Origin: Aquificaceae bacterium
Lineage (GTDB): Bacteria; Aquificota; Aquificia; Aquificales; Aquificaceae
DNA length: 64,000 bases
Reading direction: 5' to 3'
NCBI GenBank assembly: GCA_037925075.1
Contig: JAXSNR010000002.1
Coordinates: 160,001-224,000, forward strand
Positions 34,414-46,887 of this stretch are shown here, piece after piece. The notes under the pieces are model-generated. The model saw only the letters and a list, made by a program, of their open reading frames with translations, was not told the DNA's origin and made no database searches. A program made the translations under genes and the position numbers. Positions within the stretch are counted from its first letter, which is position 1, and each line of letters begins with the position of its first letter.

Positions 34414-36498
34414 ATGGCAAGGCTTGTACCCATAGAAAGGCTTAGAAACATAGGTATAGTGGCTCACATAGACGCAGGAAAGACAACCACCACAGAGAGG
34501 ATACTCTACTACACGGGCAAAACCTACAAGATAGGCGAAGTGCATGAAGGTGCTGCCACCATGGACTGGATGCCTCAGGAAAGGGAAAGGGGTATAACCA
34601 TAACCGCCGCAACCACAGCATGCTACTGGAAGGATCACCAGATAAACATTATAGACACACCCGGTCACGTGGACTTCTCGGTGGAAGTGGTACGTTCCAT
34701 GAAGGTGTTGGACGGCATCATCTTTATCTTTTCCGCGGTGGAAGGTGTTCAGCCCCAGTCGGAGGCAAACTGGAGGTGGGCGGACAGGTTTGGAGTTCCT
34801 AGGATAGCCTTTATAAACAAATTGGATAGGCTTGGCGCTGATTTTTACAGGGTTTTTAACGAGATAGAGAAAAAGCTCAGTATAAAGCCCGTAGCCATCC
34901 AGATACCCATAGGTGCGGAAGACCAGTTTAAGGGCGTTGTAGACCTTATGGAGATGAAGGCCATAATCTGGCTTGAAGAGACGCTCGGCGCCAAGTATGA
35001 GATAGTGGATATCCCTTCAGAATATTTGGATAAGGCTCAAGAGTGGCGCGCAAAGATGGTAGAGGCCATAGTGGAAAAGGATGATGAACTTATGATGAAA
35101 TACCTTGAGGGAGAGGAAATCCCAACACAAGACCTCAAAAGGGTCCTCAGAAAGGCGACTATAAACAAGGAGCTTGTTCCAGTTCTGTGTGGTTCTGCCT
35201 TCAAAAACAAGGGCGTTCAGCCCCTTTTGGATGGGGTGCTTGACTATCTTCCCTCTCCCCTTGATGTACCACCGGTACGCGGAATAAACCCCAAAACACT
35301 TCAGGAAGAGGAAAGAAGGCCCTTTGATGAAGAGCCCTTCTGCGCCTACGCCTTTAAGGTCATGAGCGACCCATACGCCGGACAGTTAACCTACTTTAGG
35401 GTCTTCTCTGGAAAGGTTAGCGCAGGATCCTACGTTTACAACGCCACCAAGGATAAGAAGGAAAGGGTTGGTAGACTTCTTCTCATGCATGCCAACTCAA
35501 GGGAGGATGTGCAGGAGGTTTCCGCTGGTGAGATAGTGGCTGCGGTTGGAATGGATGCCACCACTGGAGACACCCTTTGCGATGAAAAGTACCCCATACT
35601 TCTTGAAAAGCTTGAGTTCCCAGAGCCTGTTATTTCTATGGCTATAGAGCCAAAGACCAAAAAAGACCAAGAGAAGCTTTCTCAGGTGCTTAACAAGTTT
35701 ATGAAGGAAGACCCAACCTTTAAGGCAAGCGCAGACCCCGAGACGGGACAAACCCTCATACATGGTATGGGTGAGTTGCACCTTGAGATCATAGTGGACA
35801 GGATGAAGCGCGAGTACGGTATTGAGGTAAACGTGGGCAAGCCTCAGGTTGCCTACAAGGAAACCATAAAGGGCAAAGCGGTTGCAGAGGGCAAGTTCAT
35901 ACGTCAAACGGGTGGTAGGGGTCAATACGGACATGCGGTTATAGAGGTTGAGCCCCTCGAAAGGGGTCAAGGCTTTGTGTTTGAAAACGCCATAGTGGGT
36001 GGAATAATACCAAAGGAGTTTATCCCTGCGGTTGAAGAGGGTGTAAAGGAGGCTATGCAGAACGGTGTATTGGCTGGATATCCTGTGGTGGATGTGAAGG
36101 TAAAGCTTTTTGATGGGTCCTATCACGAAGTGGACTCCTCTGAGATGGCCTTTAAGATCGCAGGTTCCCTTGCCTTCAAAGAAGCTACGAAGAAGGCGGG
36201 CCTTGTTCTTCTTGAACCCATAATGGAGGTGGAAGTAGAAACACCCGAGGACTATGTGGGTGATGTGATAGGAGACCTAAACTCAAGGCGTGGCAAGATC
36301 ATGGGTATGGAGAACAAGGGCATCATAACCGCCATAAGGGCATATGTGCCTCTTGCGGAGATGTTCGGATATGCCACCACGCTTAGAAGCTTGACACAGG
36401 GAAGAGGAACCTTTATAATGAAATTTTCTCATTATGATGAAGTTCCCCAGAGCATAGCTGAGCAAATAGTTGGGGAAAGAACAGCGGTAGCAAGATAA
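34414..36498 (+). CDS. fusA: Elongation factor G
   Basis: [21 protein letters not shown]; start re-called at ATG 34414 after AAGGAGG. Confidence 0.99.
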   Translation: MARLVPIERLRNIGIVAHIDAGKTTTTERILYYTGKTYKIGEVHEGAATMDWMPQERERGITITAATTACYWKDHQINIIDTPGHVDFSVEVVRSMKVLDGIIFIFSAVEGVQPQSEANWRWADRFGVPRIAFINKLDRLGADFYRVFNEIEKKLSIKPVAIQIPIGAEDQFKGVVDLMEMKAIIWLEETLGAKYEIVDIPSEYLDKAQEWRAKMVEAIVEKDDELMMKYLEGEEIPTQDLKRVLRKATINKELVPVLCGSAFKNKGVQPLLDGVLDYLPSPLDVPPVRGINPKTLQEEERRPFDEEPFCAYAFKVMSDPYAGQLTYFRVFSGKVSAGSYVYNATKDKKERVGRLLLMHANSREDVQEVSAGEIVAAVGMDATTGDTLCDEKYPILLEKLEFPEPVISMAIEPKTKKDQEKLSQVLNKFMKEDPTFKASADPETGQTLIHGMGELHLEIIVDRMKREYGIEVNVGKPQVAYKETIKGKAVAEGKFIRQTGGRGQYGHAVIEVEPLERGQGFVFENAIVGGIIPKEFIPAVEEGVKEAMQNGVLAGYPVVDVKVKLFDGSYHEVDSSEMAFKIAGSLAFKEATKKAGLVLLEPIMEVEVETPEDYVGDVIGDLNSRRGKIMGMENKGIITAIRAYVPLAEMFGYATTLRSLTQGRGTFIMKFSHYDEVPQSIAEQIVGERTAVAR

Positions 36499-36509
36499 GG
36501 AGGTAAAAA

Positions 36510-37727
36510 ATGGCAAAGGAGAAGTTTGTAAGAGAGAAGGAGCACGTTAACGTAGGCACCATAGGGCACGTGGACCATGGCAAGTCCACATTGACCTCTG
36601 CCATAACATGCGTGCTTGGTGCGGGAGTTATGCAAGGCGGAAAAGCCAAGTGCATGAGGTACGAGGAGATAGACAAGGCACCAGAAGAAAAGGAAAGGGG
36701 CATAACCATAAACATCACACACGTAGAATACGAAACACCGAAGAGGCACTATGCACACGTAGACTGTCCAGGACACGCTGACTACATAAAGAACATGATA
36801 ACAGGCGCAGCACAGATGGACGGAGCCATACTGGTAGTATCCGCAGCAGACGGACCCATGCCACAGACCAGGGAGCACGTACTTTTAGCAAGGCAAGTGA
36901 ACGTACCCTACATAGTGGTGTTTATGAACAAATGCGACATGGTAGATGATCCAGAGCTATTGGACCTTGTGGAGCTTGAAGTAAGAGAACTACTATCCAA
37001 GTATGAATTTCCTGGGGATGAAGTACCAGTAATAAGGGGGTCAGCCCTTGGGGCATTACAGGAGCTGGACGCAGGCAAACCGGACAAGTGGTGCAAGGCA
37101 GTAGTAGAACTAATGGAAGCCCTAGATCAGTACATACCCACACCACAGAGGGAAGCAGACAAACCCTTCCTAATGCCCATAGAGGACGTATTCACCATAT
37201 CTGGGCGTGGGACAGTGGTAACAGGGAGAGTGGAAAGAGGAGTTTTAAAGCCTGGAGAGGAAGTGGAGATAGTAGGGCTAAAGGAAGAGCCACTAAAGAC
37301 AGTAGCCACATCCATAGAGATGTTCAGGAAGATATTGGACGAGGCACTACCTGGGGACAACGTAGGAGTATTGCTCAGGGGAGTAGGCAAGGACGATGTA
37401 GAAAGGGGGCAAGTGTTGGCGAAACCTGGGAGCGTGAAGCCTCACAAGAAGTTCAGGGCACAGGTTTATGTATTAAGCAAAGAAGAAGGGGGAAGGCACA
37501 CACCCTTTTTTGTGAGCTACAGGCCACAGTTTTACTTTAGGACAGCGGACGTGACAGGTACAGTGGTGAAGTTGCCAGAGGGACAGGAGATGGTGATGCC
37601 TGGTGACAATGTGGAGATAGAGGTGGAACTCATCAAGCCAGTGGCTATGGAAGAACAGCTTAGGTTTGCCATAAGGGAAGGTGGAAGGACTGTAGGTGCC
37701 GGTGTGGTCACAAAAATCCTTGAGTGA
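36510..37727 (+). CDS. tuf: Elongation factor Tu (copy 2)
   Basis: Same motifs as copy 1; follows fusA. Confidence 0.99.
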   Translation: MAKEKFVREKEHVNVGTIGHVDHGKSTLTSAITCVLGAGVMQGGKAKCMRYEEIDKAPEEKERGITINITHVEYETPKRHYAHVDCPGHADYIKNMITGAAQMDGAILVVSAADGPMPQTREHVLLARQVNVPYIVVFMNKCDMVDDPELLDLVELEVRELLSKYEFPGDEVPVIRGSALGALQELDAGKPDKWCKAVVELMEALDQYIPTPQREADKPFLMPIEDVFTISGRGTVVTGRVERGVLKPGEEVEIVGLKEEPLKTVATSIEMFRKILDEALPGDNVGVLLRGVGKDDVERGQVLAKPGSVKPHKKFRAQVYVLSKEEGGRHTPFFVSYRPQFYFRTADVTGTVVKLPEGQEMVMPGDNVEIEVELIKPVAMEEQLRFAIREGGRTVGAGVVTKILE

Positions 37728-37736
37728 GGTATGGCT

Positions 37737-38051
37737 ATGGAGCAGGAACTGATAAGGATAAAGCTCAGATCCTACGACCACAGACTCCTTGACCAGTATG
37801 TGAAGCAGATAATAGACACGGTCAAGAGGACCGGTGGCGTGGTGAAGGGTCCCGTACCTCTCCCGGTGAGAAGAAAAAGGTGGGTAGTGCTTAGGTCTCC
37901 CCACAAGTTTGACCAGTCAAGGGAGCATTTTGAACTCAGGGAGCATAGAAGGGTATTGGACATAACCAGAGCAACTTCTCAAACCATAGAATCTTTAAGA
38001 GACTTAACCCTGCCCGCAGGGGTTGATGTAGAGCTAATAATAGGGAGATAG
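37737..38051 (+). CDS. rpsJ: 30S ribosomal protein S10
   Basis: [20 protein letters not shown]; second ATG (37737) fits GAGGT SD spacing. Confidence 0.97.
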   Translation: MEQELIRIKLRSYDHRLLDQYVKQIIDTVKRTGGVVKGPVPLPVRRKRWVVLRSPHKFDQSREHFELREHRRVLDITRATSQTIESLRDLTLPAGVDVELIIGR

Positions 38052-38053
38052 CC

Positions 38054-38758
38054 ATGGCGATAGGTCTTATTGGTAAAAAGGTAGGGATGACAAGGGTTTT
38101 TCTCAAAGACGGCACCTCTATACCTGCAACGGTCATAGAGATAAGGCCCAACCACATAACCGCAATAAGGACTTCTGAGAAGAACGGATATACAGCCCTT
38201 CAGGTGGGTGCCTTTGAGGGTAAAGAAAAACATCTAACAAAGCCGGAGCTTGGGCACCTTAAAGGAGTGGGCAAGGTCCTCAGAAGGCTTAAAGAATTCA
38301 GAGTTGAGTCTGTGGAAGGCTACCAAGTGGGTCAGGAGCTCAGAGTAGAGCAAGTCTTTCAGCCTGGAGAGTTGGTGGATGTGGTGGGTAGAAGCAAGGG
38401 AAGAGGTTTTGCCGGCACCATGAGAAGATGGGATTTTGGTGGCTTTCCCAAGTCTCACGGGCATAGATATCACAGGGCGGTTGGTTCTATTGGAAACAGG
38501 TCAGACCCAGGTAGGGTTTGGAAAAGCAAGAGGATGGCAGGGCATTGGGGCAATGAGCCCATAAGGATCCAGTCTTTGTTGGTGCTTGATGTGGTCCCTG
38601 AGTACAACCTTCTTTTAGTTAAGGGTTCTGTGCCAGGACCCAACGGTGGTGTAGTCTTTGTGGAAAAGAGTAAGATAACAAGCAGAAGGTCTCAAAGGCT
38701 AAAGCTTAACAGAATAAAGGATTTGGTGAACGCCTTGGTTAAAGGAGAGGTTTCATGA
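38054..38758 (+). CDS. rplC: 50S ribosomal protein L3
   Basis: [21 protein letters not shown]. Confidence 0.98.
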   Translation: MAIGLIGKKVGMTRVFLKDGTSIPATVIEIRPNHITAIRTSEKNGYTALQVGAFEGKEKHLTKPELGHLKGVGKVLRRLKEFRVESVEGYQVGQELRVEQVFQPGELVDVVGRSKGRGFAGTMRRWDFGGFPKSHGHRYHRAVGSIGNRSDPGRVWKSKRMAGHWGNEPIRIQSLLVLDVVPEYNLLLVKGSVPGPNGGVVFVEKSKITSRRSQRLKLNRIKDLVNALVKGEVS

Positions 38759-39354
38759 AGGTGCTTGAGGTTAATTTAAAGCCTGAAGTCTTTGATGTGG
38801 AAGTTAAAAGGCATGTGCTTTGGGAAGTGGTAAAGTGGCAACTTGCCAGCAAAAGGCAGGGAAATCATAACACCAAGACAAGAGGGGAAGTATCCTACAG
38901 TGGAAGAAAGCTTCTCCCTCAGAAGGGCACGGGCAACGCAAGACACGGAGACAGGGGAGCAAACATCTTTGTAGGTGGCGGTGTGGCTCATGGTCCAAAG
39001 CCTAAGGATTACTACTACCCTCTCCCAAAAAAGGTGAGAAAACTCGGGCTTAAGATGGCTTTGACCTTGAAGGCTAAGGAAAATAACCTGCTTGTTGTTG
39101 ACGTCCTTGAGCTCGGAGATGTACCAAAAACCAAAAAAGCTGTGGAGCTTCTTAAAAATCTTGGCATAGACCAGCAGAAGGTGCTACTGGTCCTGCCTCA
39201 AAAGGAAGAAGTAATATACAAGTCCTTCAGAAACCTACCTTATGTGAAGGTTTTACCCGTTGAAGGTCTTAATGTTTATGATATGCTTTGGGCGGACAAG
39301 GTGCTTATGACAGCCCAAGCCCTTGAAAAGATATATGAGAGGTTGGCATCATGA
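38755..39354 (+). CDS. rplD: 50S ribosomal protein L4
   Basis: [25 protein letters not shown]. Confidence 0.98.
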   Translation: MKVLEVNLKPEVFDVEVKRHVLWEVVKWQLASKRQGNHNTKTRGEVSYSGRKLLPQKGTGNARHGDRGANIFVGGGVAHGPKPKDYYYPLPKKVRKLGLKMALTLKAKENNLLVVDVLELGDVPKTKKAVELLKNLGIDQQKVLLVLPQKEEVIYKSFRNLPYVKVLPVEGLNVYDMLWADKVLMTAQALEKIYERLAS

Positions 39355-39647
39355 AAAGACCCGAGGAAGTCATAATAAGGCCCATAATAACCGAAAAGAG
39401 TAACAGGCTCATGGAAGACCACAAAAAGTACACCTTTGAGGTGGTCATGGATGCCACCAAGCATGAAATAAAGCATGCGGTAGAAAAGCTCTTCGGAGTA
39501 AAAGTCCTTAAGGTAAACACCATGATTGTAAAACCAAGGAAGAAAAGGATAATAGGCAAGTTCAGGAGGTATGGTTACACAAGGGCTTACAAGAAGGCCA
39601 TAGTTACCATACCCCCCGATAAGGAAATAGACCTAACAGGAGTGTAA
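39351..39647 (+). CDS. rplW: 50S ribosomal protein L23
   Basis: PIITEKS, KVNT, YKKAIV. Confidence 0.98.
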   Translation: MKRPEEVIIRPIITEKSNRLMEDHKKYTFEVVMDATKHEIKHAVEKLFGVKVLKVNTMIVKPRKKRIIGKFRRYGYTRAYKKAIVTIPPDKEIDLTGV

Positions 39648-39649
39648 AG

Positions 39650-40528
39650 ATGGGTGTAAGGAAGTTAAAACCTGTTACCAACGGTCAGAGGCATGCGGTT
39701 CTGTATGACTTTTCTGAGATAACCAAGTCTGAGCCAGAAAAGTCTCTCCTCGTGCATTGGCACAGGGCAAAGGGTAGGTCCCGTCAGCAGGGTAAGGTAA
39801 CCTCAAGAGGCAGAGGCGGTGGCAACAAAAGAAGGTACAGGCTTATTGACTTTAAAAGGGACAAGAGCCTTGTTCCCGCAAAGGTGGTAGCTATAGAGTA
39901 TGACCCAAACAGGTCTGCACGTATAGCTTTGCTTCAGTATGCGGACGGTGAAAAGAGGTACATCCTCTGGCCTGAGGGGCTAAAGGTGGGAGATGTGGTT
40001 ATGTCCATCTCCTACGAGGATGCGGAAAAGGGCAAAGAGCTTCCAGAAATAAAGGTAGGTAATGCCCTTCCTCTCAAGTACATACCCGTGGGTACCATTG
40101 TTCATAATGTGGAGCTTCATCCCGGAAAGGGTGGCCAGATAGGGAGGTCTGCGGGTATGTCCGCACAGATACTGGGTAAGGTGGGAGACTATGTACAGCT
40201 CAGGATACCCTCAGGAGAGATAAGGCTCGTCCATCAGAGGTGTATGGCAACCGTTGGCACTGTGGGACTTGCAGAGCACGAGCTTGTGAAGTATGGAAAG
40301 GCTGGAAGATACAGATGGCTCGGTTGGAGGCCAAAGGTAAGGGGAACCGCTACCAACCCAGTGGACCACCCACACGGTGGTGGTGAAGGTAAGACCAAGG
40401 GTAAAAACCCAGAGTCTCCCTGGGGCTGGAAGACAAAGGGCTACAAGACAAGAAGAGGCAAGAAGTATTCCGATAGGTTCATACTGGTTTCAAGGAAAGG
40501 TAAGCCTCTCAGAGGAGGTGTTAAGTAA
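39650..40528 (+). CDS. rplB: 50S ribosomal protein L2
   Basis: [20 protein letters not shown]. Confidence 0.99.
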   Translation: MGVRKLKPVTNGQRHAVLYDFSEITKSEPEKSLLVHWHRAKGRSRQQGKVTSRGRGGGNKRRYRLIDFKRDKSLVPAKVVAIEYDPNRSARIALLQYADGEKRYILWPEGLKVGDVVMSISYEDAEKGKELPEIKVGNALPLKYIPVGTIVHNVELHPGKGGQIGRSAGMSAQILGKVGDYVQLRIPSGEIRLVHQRCMATVGTVGLAEHELVKYGKAGRYRWLGWRPKVRGTATNPVDHPHGGGEGKTKGKNPESPWGWKTKGYKTRRGKKYSDRFILVSRKGKPLRGGVK

Positions 40529-40983
40529 TGGGTTTTAAAGGCGCGTGGAACAAAAGGAATAAGCTAATTGAAGACCTTGACAGCTTTTTAAAGCTATATA
40601 AGAAGACTCAGAGGATATACAAGAGAGTTAGAGAGGTTCAACACACACTAGAGCTTTACCAAAAGGCCTTTGAAAAGTATCAACAGGTTTGGGACCAATA
40701 CAGAGGACTTGTTAACAAAAAGGCATGGGTCGACCCAAAGCTCTGGGTTAGGATAAGGAAGATGAACGAAACGGGTGACAGAAAGGTTATAAAGACCTAC
40801 AGCAGAGACACTACCATAATCCCTGACTTTGTAGGTCACACCATAGCGGTGCATAACGGAAAAACCTTTGTGCCTGTATATATAACCTCAGATATGGTAG
40901 GTCATAAACTGGGTGAGTTTGCTCCCACAAGGACCTTTAAGGGTCACCCAGAAAAATCCGCAAAAGCCACAAAGAAGAAGTGA
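40528..40983 (+). CDS. rpsS: 30S ribosomal protein S19 with N-terminal extension
   Basis: [24 protein letters not shown]. Confidence 0.97.
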   Translation: MGFKGAWNKRNKLIEDLDSFLKLYKKTQRIYKRVREVQHTLELYQKAFEKYQQVWDQYRGLVNKKAWVDPKLWVRIRKMNETGDRKVIKTYSRDTTIIPDFVGHTIAVHNGKTFVPVYITSDMVGHKLGEFAPTRTFKGHPEKSAKATKKK

Positions 40984-40992
40984 GGTGAAAGG

Positions 40993-41331
40993 ATGGAAGC
41001 AAGGGCTATTTTAAGGTATGCAAAGGTTTCACCCACAAAGGCAAGGCAGGTGCTTAGAATAATTCAAGGCAAAAAGGCAGGGCAAGCTCTCTATCAGCTT
41101 AAGTTCATACCCAAGAAGTCCGCCCGCATAGTGGAAGGTGTCCTCAAAAGTGCTCTTGCCAACGCGGAGCAAAAGGGTATGGACTTAGACAAGCTTTACA
41201 TTAAAAAGGCGGTTGCGGATGAAGGTCCCATGTATAAAAAGTGGCTTCCAAGAGCCCATGGAAGAGCCACAATGCTAAGAAAAAGAACCTCCCACATAAC
41301 CCTTGTACTTGAGGAAAAGGAGGAAGAATAA
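40993..41331 (+). CDS. rplV: 50S ribosomal protein L22
   Basis: SALANAE, PRAHGRA, KRTSHIT. Confidence 0.98.
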   Translation: MEARAILRYAKVSPTKARQVLRIIQGKKAGQALYQLKFIPKKSARIVEGVLKSALANAEQKGMDLDKLYIKKAVADEGPMYKKWLPRAHGRATMLRKRTSHITLVLEEKEEE

Positions 41332-42026
41332 TGGGTCAGAAAACTCATCCCATAGGCTTCAGAGTTGGAGTTATAAAGGACTGGAATTCCAAATGGTTTG
41401 CAGGTAAAAAGGACTACACACAACTACTTCATGAGGACATAAGGATAAAGGAGTACATAAAGAAGCGTTATGCCTCCGCGGGCATATCAAAGGTTATCGT
41501 GGAAAGGATGGTGGACAAGGTGAAGGTGCGGGTTCTTGCCTCAAGGCCCGGCATAATCATAGGTAGGAAGGGAGCGGAAGTTGAACAGCTTAAAAAAGAC
41601 ATAGAGTACATAACAAGAGGCAAAGATGTGGTCATAACGGTGGACGAGGTTAGAGTGCCAGAGTTGGACGCCCAGTTGGTGGCGGAAGAGATAGCCCTTC
41701 AGATAGAAAGAAGGGTATCCCATCGTAGGGCTATGAAGAGAGCCATTGATAACGCCTTTAAGGCAGGGGCTAAGGGTGTTAAGGTGCAAGTAAAGGGCAG
41801 GATAGGTGGTGCGGAGTTGGCAAGGGCAGAGTGGTTTCTCGTAGGAAGGATGCCCCTTCAAACCCTAAGGGCAGATATAGACTATGGCTATGCGGTGGCT
41901 CAGACCAAGTATGGAGTGCTTGGAGTAAAGGTGTGGATATACAAGGGAGATGTGCTCAAGGGTGGCAAAGAAGAGATAGTCAAAAAGATAGAAGAAGACC
42001 TTAAAAAGGCTGAGAAGGAGGTATAA
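41331..42026 (+). CDS. rpsC: 30S ribosomal protein S3
   Basis: [22 protein letters not shown]. Confidence 0.99.
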   Translation: MGQKTHPIGFRVGVIKDWNSKWFAGKKDYTQLLHEDIRIKEYIKKRYASAGISKVIVERMVDKVKVRVLASRPGIIIGRKGAEVEQLKKDIEYITRGKDVVITVDEVRVPELDAQLVAEEIALQIERRVSHRRAMKRAIDNAFKAGAKGVKVQVKGRIGGAELARAEWFLVGRMPLQTLRADIDYGYAVAQTKYGVLGVKVWIYKGDVLKGGKEEIVKKIEEDLKKAEKEV

Positions 42027-42028
42027 AC

Positions 42029-42451
42029 ATGTCCTTTCTTGCCCCAAAAAAGACCAAGTTTAGGAAAACTCAAAGAGGCACTTTGAAGGGTAAGGCTTCA
42101 AGAGGTAACAAGGTTTCCTTTGGTGAATACGGTATACAGGCACTTGAATCTTGCTGGCTCACCCAGAGGCAGATAGAGTCAGGCAGGATAGCCCTTGTGA
42201 GGGCTCTCAGAAAGGGTGCAAAGGTATGGATACAGGTCTTCCCCGACAAGCCTTACACGAAAAAGCCCAACGAGGTGCGTATGGGTGGCGGAAAGGGTGA
42301 TCCGGAAGGCTTTGCTGCGGTTGTTAGACCCGGAAGGATACTCTACGAGTTCTCAGGAGTTCCAGAAGAAGTGGCAGAACAAGCCCACAAGCTAGTTGAT
42401 GCAAAACTGCCAATAAAAACAAGGCTTGTTAAGGCTGGAGGTGTAAAGTGA
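42029..42451 (+). CDS. rplP: 50S ribosomal protein L16
   Basis: FPDKP, RMGGGKG, KLP. Confidence 0.98.
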   Translation: MSFLAPKKTKFRKTQRGTLKGKASRGNKVSFGEYGIQALESCWLTQRQIESGRIALVRALRKGAKVWIQVFPDKPYTKKPNEVRMGGGKGDPEGFAAVVRPGRILYEFSGVPEEVAEQAHKLVDAKLPIKTRLVKAGGVK

Positions 42452-42651
42452 TGAAGGCGAAGGACCTGCGAAAGCTAAGCCTTCAAGACCTTAGGAAAAA
42501 GGAGGAAGACCTAAGGAAAGAGCTTTTCAGGCTAAGATTTAAAAAGAATATAGAGGGACTTCCTAACCCTATGCAAATAAGGAACACCAGAAGAGATATT
42601 GCAAGGGTTTTAACCATCATAAGGGAAAAAGAGCTAAGAGGTGAAGGATGA
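42451..42651 (+). CDS. rpmC: 50S ribosomal protein L29
   Basis: [19 protein letters not shown] 42451 (alternative GTG 42448). Confidence 0.96.
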   Translation: MKAKDLRKLSLQDLRKKEEDLRKELFRLRFKKNIEGLPNPMQIRNTRRDIARVLTIIREKELRGEG

Positions 42652-42938
42652 TGAATAAGTCTTGGCATCTTAGAAGAAAGGAGTTAGTGGGCTATGTGGT
42701 AAGCGACAAAATGGATAAAACGGTGGTTGTTAAAGTGGACAGAAGGGAAGCTCACCCGCTTTACAAGAAGCACATAATAAAGAGTAAAAAATACCATGCC
42801 CATGACCCAAAGGAGGAGTGCAGGGTTGGAGACCTTGTGGTCATAAGAGAAACAAGACCTATCTCCAAGACCAAAAGGTGGGTGGTGGTGAAGATACTTC
42901 AAAGGGCAAAGTCTCCAGAGGAGGAGCTCAAAGGATAA
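42648..42938 (+). CDS. rpsQ: 30S ribosomal protein S17
   Basis: [24 protein letters not shown]. Confidence 0.98.
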   Translation: MMNKSWHLRRKELVGYVVSDKMDKTVVVKVDRREAHPLYKKHIIKSKKYHAHDPKEECRVGDLVVIRETRPISKTKRWVVVKILQRAKSPEEELKG

Positions 42939-42951
42939 GTAAAATATCCTT

Positions 42952-44940
42952 ATGCTCCTTTTTCTTTTCTTTTTCTTGTGCCTGTCCTCCTCCTTTTCTC
43001 TGGAAGTCTTTTCTCAGAAACTTGAGAGACTTTCAGATGGAACTCTCAAAGCCACTGGAAATGTAGAGGCTTACTACCGAGAGTACTACATCAGATCGGA
43101 ATTCATGACCTATGACCCGCAGAAGAGGGTGGTTTACGCCAGAGAGGGAGTTTACATAAGCTCAAAGGATGGAAGGCTCCAAGTCAGAGGAAGCGAGGCT
43201 CTTCTTGACCTTGAGAGGGATGTGGGATACTTCCTCGACGCGGATGCCAGGTTTGAGAAGTTTAGCTTTGTGGCAAAGAGGGTGGACAAGGAGGGTGAGG
43301 TCTACCTCGTACAAGAGGGCTCAATAACCACATGCCCGCCCGATAGAGGGGAGATGAAGGTTTGCTTCTCGAAGGCAAAGGTATCCCAGAAATACGTCTT
43401 TAGCGAGAACAACACCCTCAGGCTTTTCAACGTGCCCATAGCCTATCTTCCCATAAGCCTTTTCCCAGTAGGAGAGAGGAGGTCTGGGCTTTTACCTCCT
43501 ACTATTGGCTCCAATACATACAACGCCTTCATATACCAACAGCCCATATACTGGGCTATATCAAAGGACAAGGATGCCACCCTAACCCTTGACCTGAGGG
43601 AAAAGCAGGCAAAGGGCTTTTCCCTTGAATACCGTCAGTCTTGGAAAAGGGAGCTTGATATTACTGGAACACTATCCTTTTATAAGGAGCCTGTGCCAGC
43701 AGGCAAATGGTGGCAAGGAAGAGACCCATCCACCTTTAGAGAAAACCGATACAGGATAAAGGGGGATTTGGACCTTGGAAACCTCAAGGCTGGCATTGAC
43801 CTTATTTCAGACCCATACTTTATGCAGGATGTTTATTTTACCACCAAGGAAAGGACTGTTCCTTATCTTACCTCTTACATAAACTACACAAAAGAAGGTG
43901 AAAGATTTCTCTTTACCTTTGATGCAAGAAGGTTTTACGATACTACATCTCCCAGCAATAGACAAACACTTCAGAGACTTCCAGAGATAGGCTTTTATTT
44001 AAAGGAGACTCCTATTTTTTCCCACCTGCATCTTAACCTAAGTACCTCCTACACCAACTTTTACCGAGAGGAAGGACTTAGAGCTCACAGACTCCTTTTC
44101 CTTCCGGAGTTCTCACTACAAAAAAAGCTTTTTGGCCTTAACCTGCTTTCTACACTTACTGTGGAAAACCTTGTATACTTAGATATAAAGGGGGGAGTTT
44201 TCAAAGACAAAAGCCTGTTTGGAAGCCTCCATTACAGAGAGAGCCTTCCTTATTTTTTTAAACTTAACCTTGGAGGCTTTGACCTTAGGAATACCTTTGA
44301 ACTTTCCTATTCTTACAGACATAAAGGCTTTGATAACCCGAGATTTGACACCTTTGACAATTTAAACAAGGAGAGCCTTCTTTCCTATACACTTAGAAGC
44401 CATGGCTATCACAAAGAAAGACTTCTTTATAGCCTTTTCCTTACCGGTGGGTATAACTATCTTGGTAAGTTTATTTACGCAGGGCAAGAGGTCAAAGAAA
44501 GGGTTATGCCAATTAGGACAATCCTTTGGATTTATCCTTCATACTGGCTAAACCTCTATTCAGACATGGTCTATGACCCAGTTCATGGAAGCTTTCTGAA
44601 AGCCACAGGCTCCCTTACACTAAGAAGGGGAAGCAATAGCATAACTTTGGGTAGAACTTTAGAAAAAAATTATTATGGTGGCAGGCTCAACGACCAGTAC
44701 AACCTATCCGCTTCCGCCTTGTACAAAAATATGAACCTCTCCCTTGGGCTTACAAGGGACAACAGGATAAACAAGGACATTCAAAGGCAGGCAAGCATAG
44801 ACTACAGAGGTGCCTGCTGGAGCTTTGGGCTCTTACTGAGGGACACATACGACGGAACAAGGCAAGAGTATATTAAAGAGGTCTTTTTGACCTTTAACAT
44901 CTTTGATCTTGAAAGGTTTATAGTGCCTCTGAGAAGGTGA
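42952..44940 (+). CDS. lptD: LPS-assembly protein LptD
   Basis: Signal peptide, OstA-like N-domain with [13 protein letters not shown], beta-barrel with late Cys (GACWS). Confidence 0.85.
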   Translation: MLLFLFFFLCLSSSFSLEVFSQKLERLSDGTLKATGNVEAYYREYYIRSEFMTYDPQKRVVYAREGVYISSKDGRLQVRGSEALLDLERDVGYFLDADARFEKFSFVAKRVDKEGEVYLVQEGSITTCPPDRGEMKVCFSKAKVSQKYVFSENNTLRLFNVPIAYLPISLFPVGERRSGLLPPTIGSNTYNAFIYQQPIYWAISKDKDATLTLDLREKQAKGFSLEYRQSWKRELDITGTLSFYKEPVPAGKWWQGRDPSTFRENRYRIKGDLDLGNLKAGIDLISDPYFMQDVYFTTKERTVPYLTSYINYTKEGERFLFTFDARRFYDTTSPSNRQTLQRLPEIGFYLKETPIFSHLHLNLSTSYTNFYREEGLRAHRLLFLPEFSLQKKLFGLNLLSTLTVENLVYLDIKGGVFKDKSLFGSLHYRESLPYFFKLNLGGFDLRNTFELSYSYRHKGFDNPRFDTFDNLNKESLLSYTLRSHGYHKERLLYSLFLTGGYNYLGKFIYAGQEVKERVMPIRTILWIYPSYWLNLYSDMVYDPVHGSFLKATGSLTLRRGSNSITLGRTLEKNYYGGRLNDQYNLSASALYKNMNLSLGLTRDNRINKDIQRQASIDYRGACWSFGLLLRDTYDGTRQEYIKEVFLTFNIFDLERFIVPLRR

Positions 44941-45586
44941 GTAGGTCCTTTAGCTTTTTCGTCTGAAGCCTTACGTCTTCAGAGTGGAATATGCCGGAGC
45001 CTACCACCAAAATATCCGCGCCCGCTTTTGCCACCTGTAAAAGGTTGTCCTCCTTTATTCCTCCATCTATCTCTATAAGCACAGAGGGGTTTATACTCTC
45101 CACCATGGCTTTTAGCCTTCTTAGCCTGTCCAAGGACCTAGGTATAAACTTCTGCCCTCCAAAGCCCGGATTCACAGACATAAGAAGAACAAAATCCACA
45201 TGGTAAAGCACCTCCTCCAACATACTAAGGGATGTGCCGGGGTTTATCACCACTCCAGCCTTTGCTCCAAGGCTTTTTATAAGCTCAAGGGTTCTGTGTA
45301 TGTGGGGTGTGTTTTCTATATGGACGCTTACCATGTCCGCACCAGCTTTTATAAAGTCCGGTATATACCTGTCTGGGTTTTCTATCATAAGGTGCGCATC
45401 CAAGGGTAAAGGGCAGTGTTTTTTTATGCTTTCTAAAAGCACTGGACCAAAGGTGATGTTTGGCACAAAGTGCCCGTCCATAACATCAAAGTGTATTAGG
45501 TCCGCACCACCTTCTACGCATGCTATTACCTGCTCGCCGAGCCTCCAAAAGTCCGCAGAGAGTATGGAGGGAGCAAGGAGCTTCAA
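44918..45586 (-). CDS. rpe: Ribulose-phosphate 3-epimerase
   Basis: [36 protein letters not shown] start. Confidence 0.98.
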   Translation of the reverse strand: MKLLAPSILSADFWRLGEQVIACVEGGADLIHFDVMDGHFVPNITFGPVLLESIKKHCPLPLDAHLMIENPDRYIPDFIKAGADMVSVHIENTPHIHRTLELIKSLGAKAGVVINPGTSLSMLEEVLYHVDFVLLMSVNPGFGGQKFIPRSLDRLRRLKAMVESINPSVLIEIDGGIKEDNLLQVAKAGADILVVGSGIFHSEDVRLQTKKLKDLLTFSEAL

Positions 45587-46887
45587 TCCGCCTCCTCCTC
45601 AACCCTTATAAGCACAGGCTTACCCACAACCACGGGCAAGGTTTGCACCTCTTGCAAGGCTCTACGCATAGACCTTTCGTAAGCCTTATGGGTTAGGATA
45701 ACAAGGGGCACTATGTGTTCCCCTTCCCTTCCCGCAAGCTTGCAGACCTTTTCCTTTTGCAAAACGCTCGCTATGCTTATGTGGTTGTCCGCCAAAACCC
45801 TTGCTATACTTGCCAAAACCCCCGGCTTGTCTGGCACATCAAACCTCAAGTAATACCTGCTGTAAAAATCCTCCGTTAGATTTATATTACCCCCTTCCCA
45901 GTTTATCTTATAGCTACATTCTTCTTTTGAGTGTAGCTTACAAGCTATGTCTATTATGTCGGAAACAACCGCGGACGCTGTGGGATGAGAACCTGCACCT
46001 CTTCCGTAAAACATGGTTTTACCTACAAAGTCTCCTTCCACCATTATGGCATTGAAGACATCGGAGACCTTTGCCAGTGGGTCCTCTTCTGGCAAAAGGG
46101 TGGGATGAACCCTGACCTCTAAGCCCTCCTCCCTTCTTTTGGCTATGGCAAGAAGCTTTAGCGTATAGCCTAACTCCTTCCCAAGTTCTATATCCAAAAG
46201 CTCCACACCTCTTATGCCTTCCACATAGACCTGAGAAAAAGGAAAAAATCCACCGAAGGCTATGTAAGAGAGTATGGCTATCTTGTGGGCACTGTCCCAG
46301 CCGTCTATGTCAAGGGATGGGTCCGCCTCCGCGTATCCCTTTGCCTGGGCCTCTTTTAGGGCACTTTCAAAATCCACGTCCTCCTGAAGCATCCTTGTTA
46401 GTATGTAGTTGGTGGTGCCGTTGAGTATGCCGTATATGGCTTTTATGTTGTTGCCCACAAGAGATTCTCTTACCGCCTTTATTATGGGTATTCCACCACC
46501 CACAGAAGCCTCAAAGCCTATATAAAGCCCCTTATCCTGTGCAAGCTTGAAAAGCTCATTACCTTCTTCTGCAAGAAGATGCTTGTTGGCTGTCACCACA
46601 TGCCTGCCAGAGGTGAGGGCTTCCCTTATGATACCCTTTGCAAAAGTTTTTCCTCCCACAAGCTCCACCACTATATGAGAGCTTTGAATAACCTCCTTGT
46701 AGTCCTTGGTTCTTAGTGCCTCCGGCACATGAAAACTCCTTGGTCTTTCCCAGTCCTTGTCTGCTACCTTTGAAATTTCAATCTCTATGCCTGTTTTTTT
46801 CCTTATGGTCTCAGAGTTTTTGAGAAGTAGCTCCACTACACCAGTGCCCACCACACCGCAACCCACAATTCCAACCCTTACCTTCAA
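45583..46887 (-). CDS. hom: Homoserine dehydrogenase with ACT domain
   Basis: [33 protein letters not shown] start. Confidence 0.97.
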   Translation of the reverse strand: MKVRVGIVGCGVVGTGVVELLLKNSETIRKKTGIEIEISKVADKDWERPRSFHVPEALRTKDYKEVIQSSHIVVELVGGKTFAKGIIREALTSGRHVVTANKHLLAEEGNELFKLAQDKGLYIGFEASVGGGIPIIKAVRESLVGNNIKAIYGILNGTTNYILTRMLQEDVDFESALKEAQAKGYAEADPSLDIDGWDSAHKIAILSYIAFGGFFPFSQVYVEGIRGVELLDIELGKELGYTLKLLAIAKRREEGLEVRVHPTLLPEEDPLAKVSDVFNAIMVEGDFVGKTMFYGRGAGSHPTASAVVSDIIDIACKLHSKEECSYKINWEGGNINLTEDFYSRYYLRFDVPDKPGVLASIARVLADNHISIASVLQKEKVCKLAGREGEHIVPLVILTHKAYERSMRRALQEVQTLPVVVGKPVLIRVEEEAD

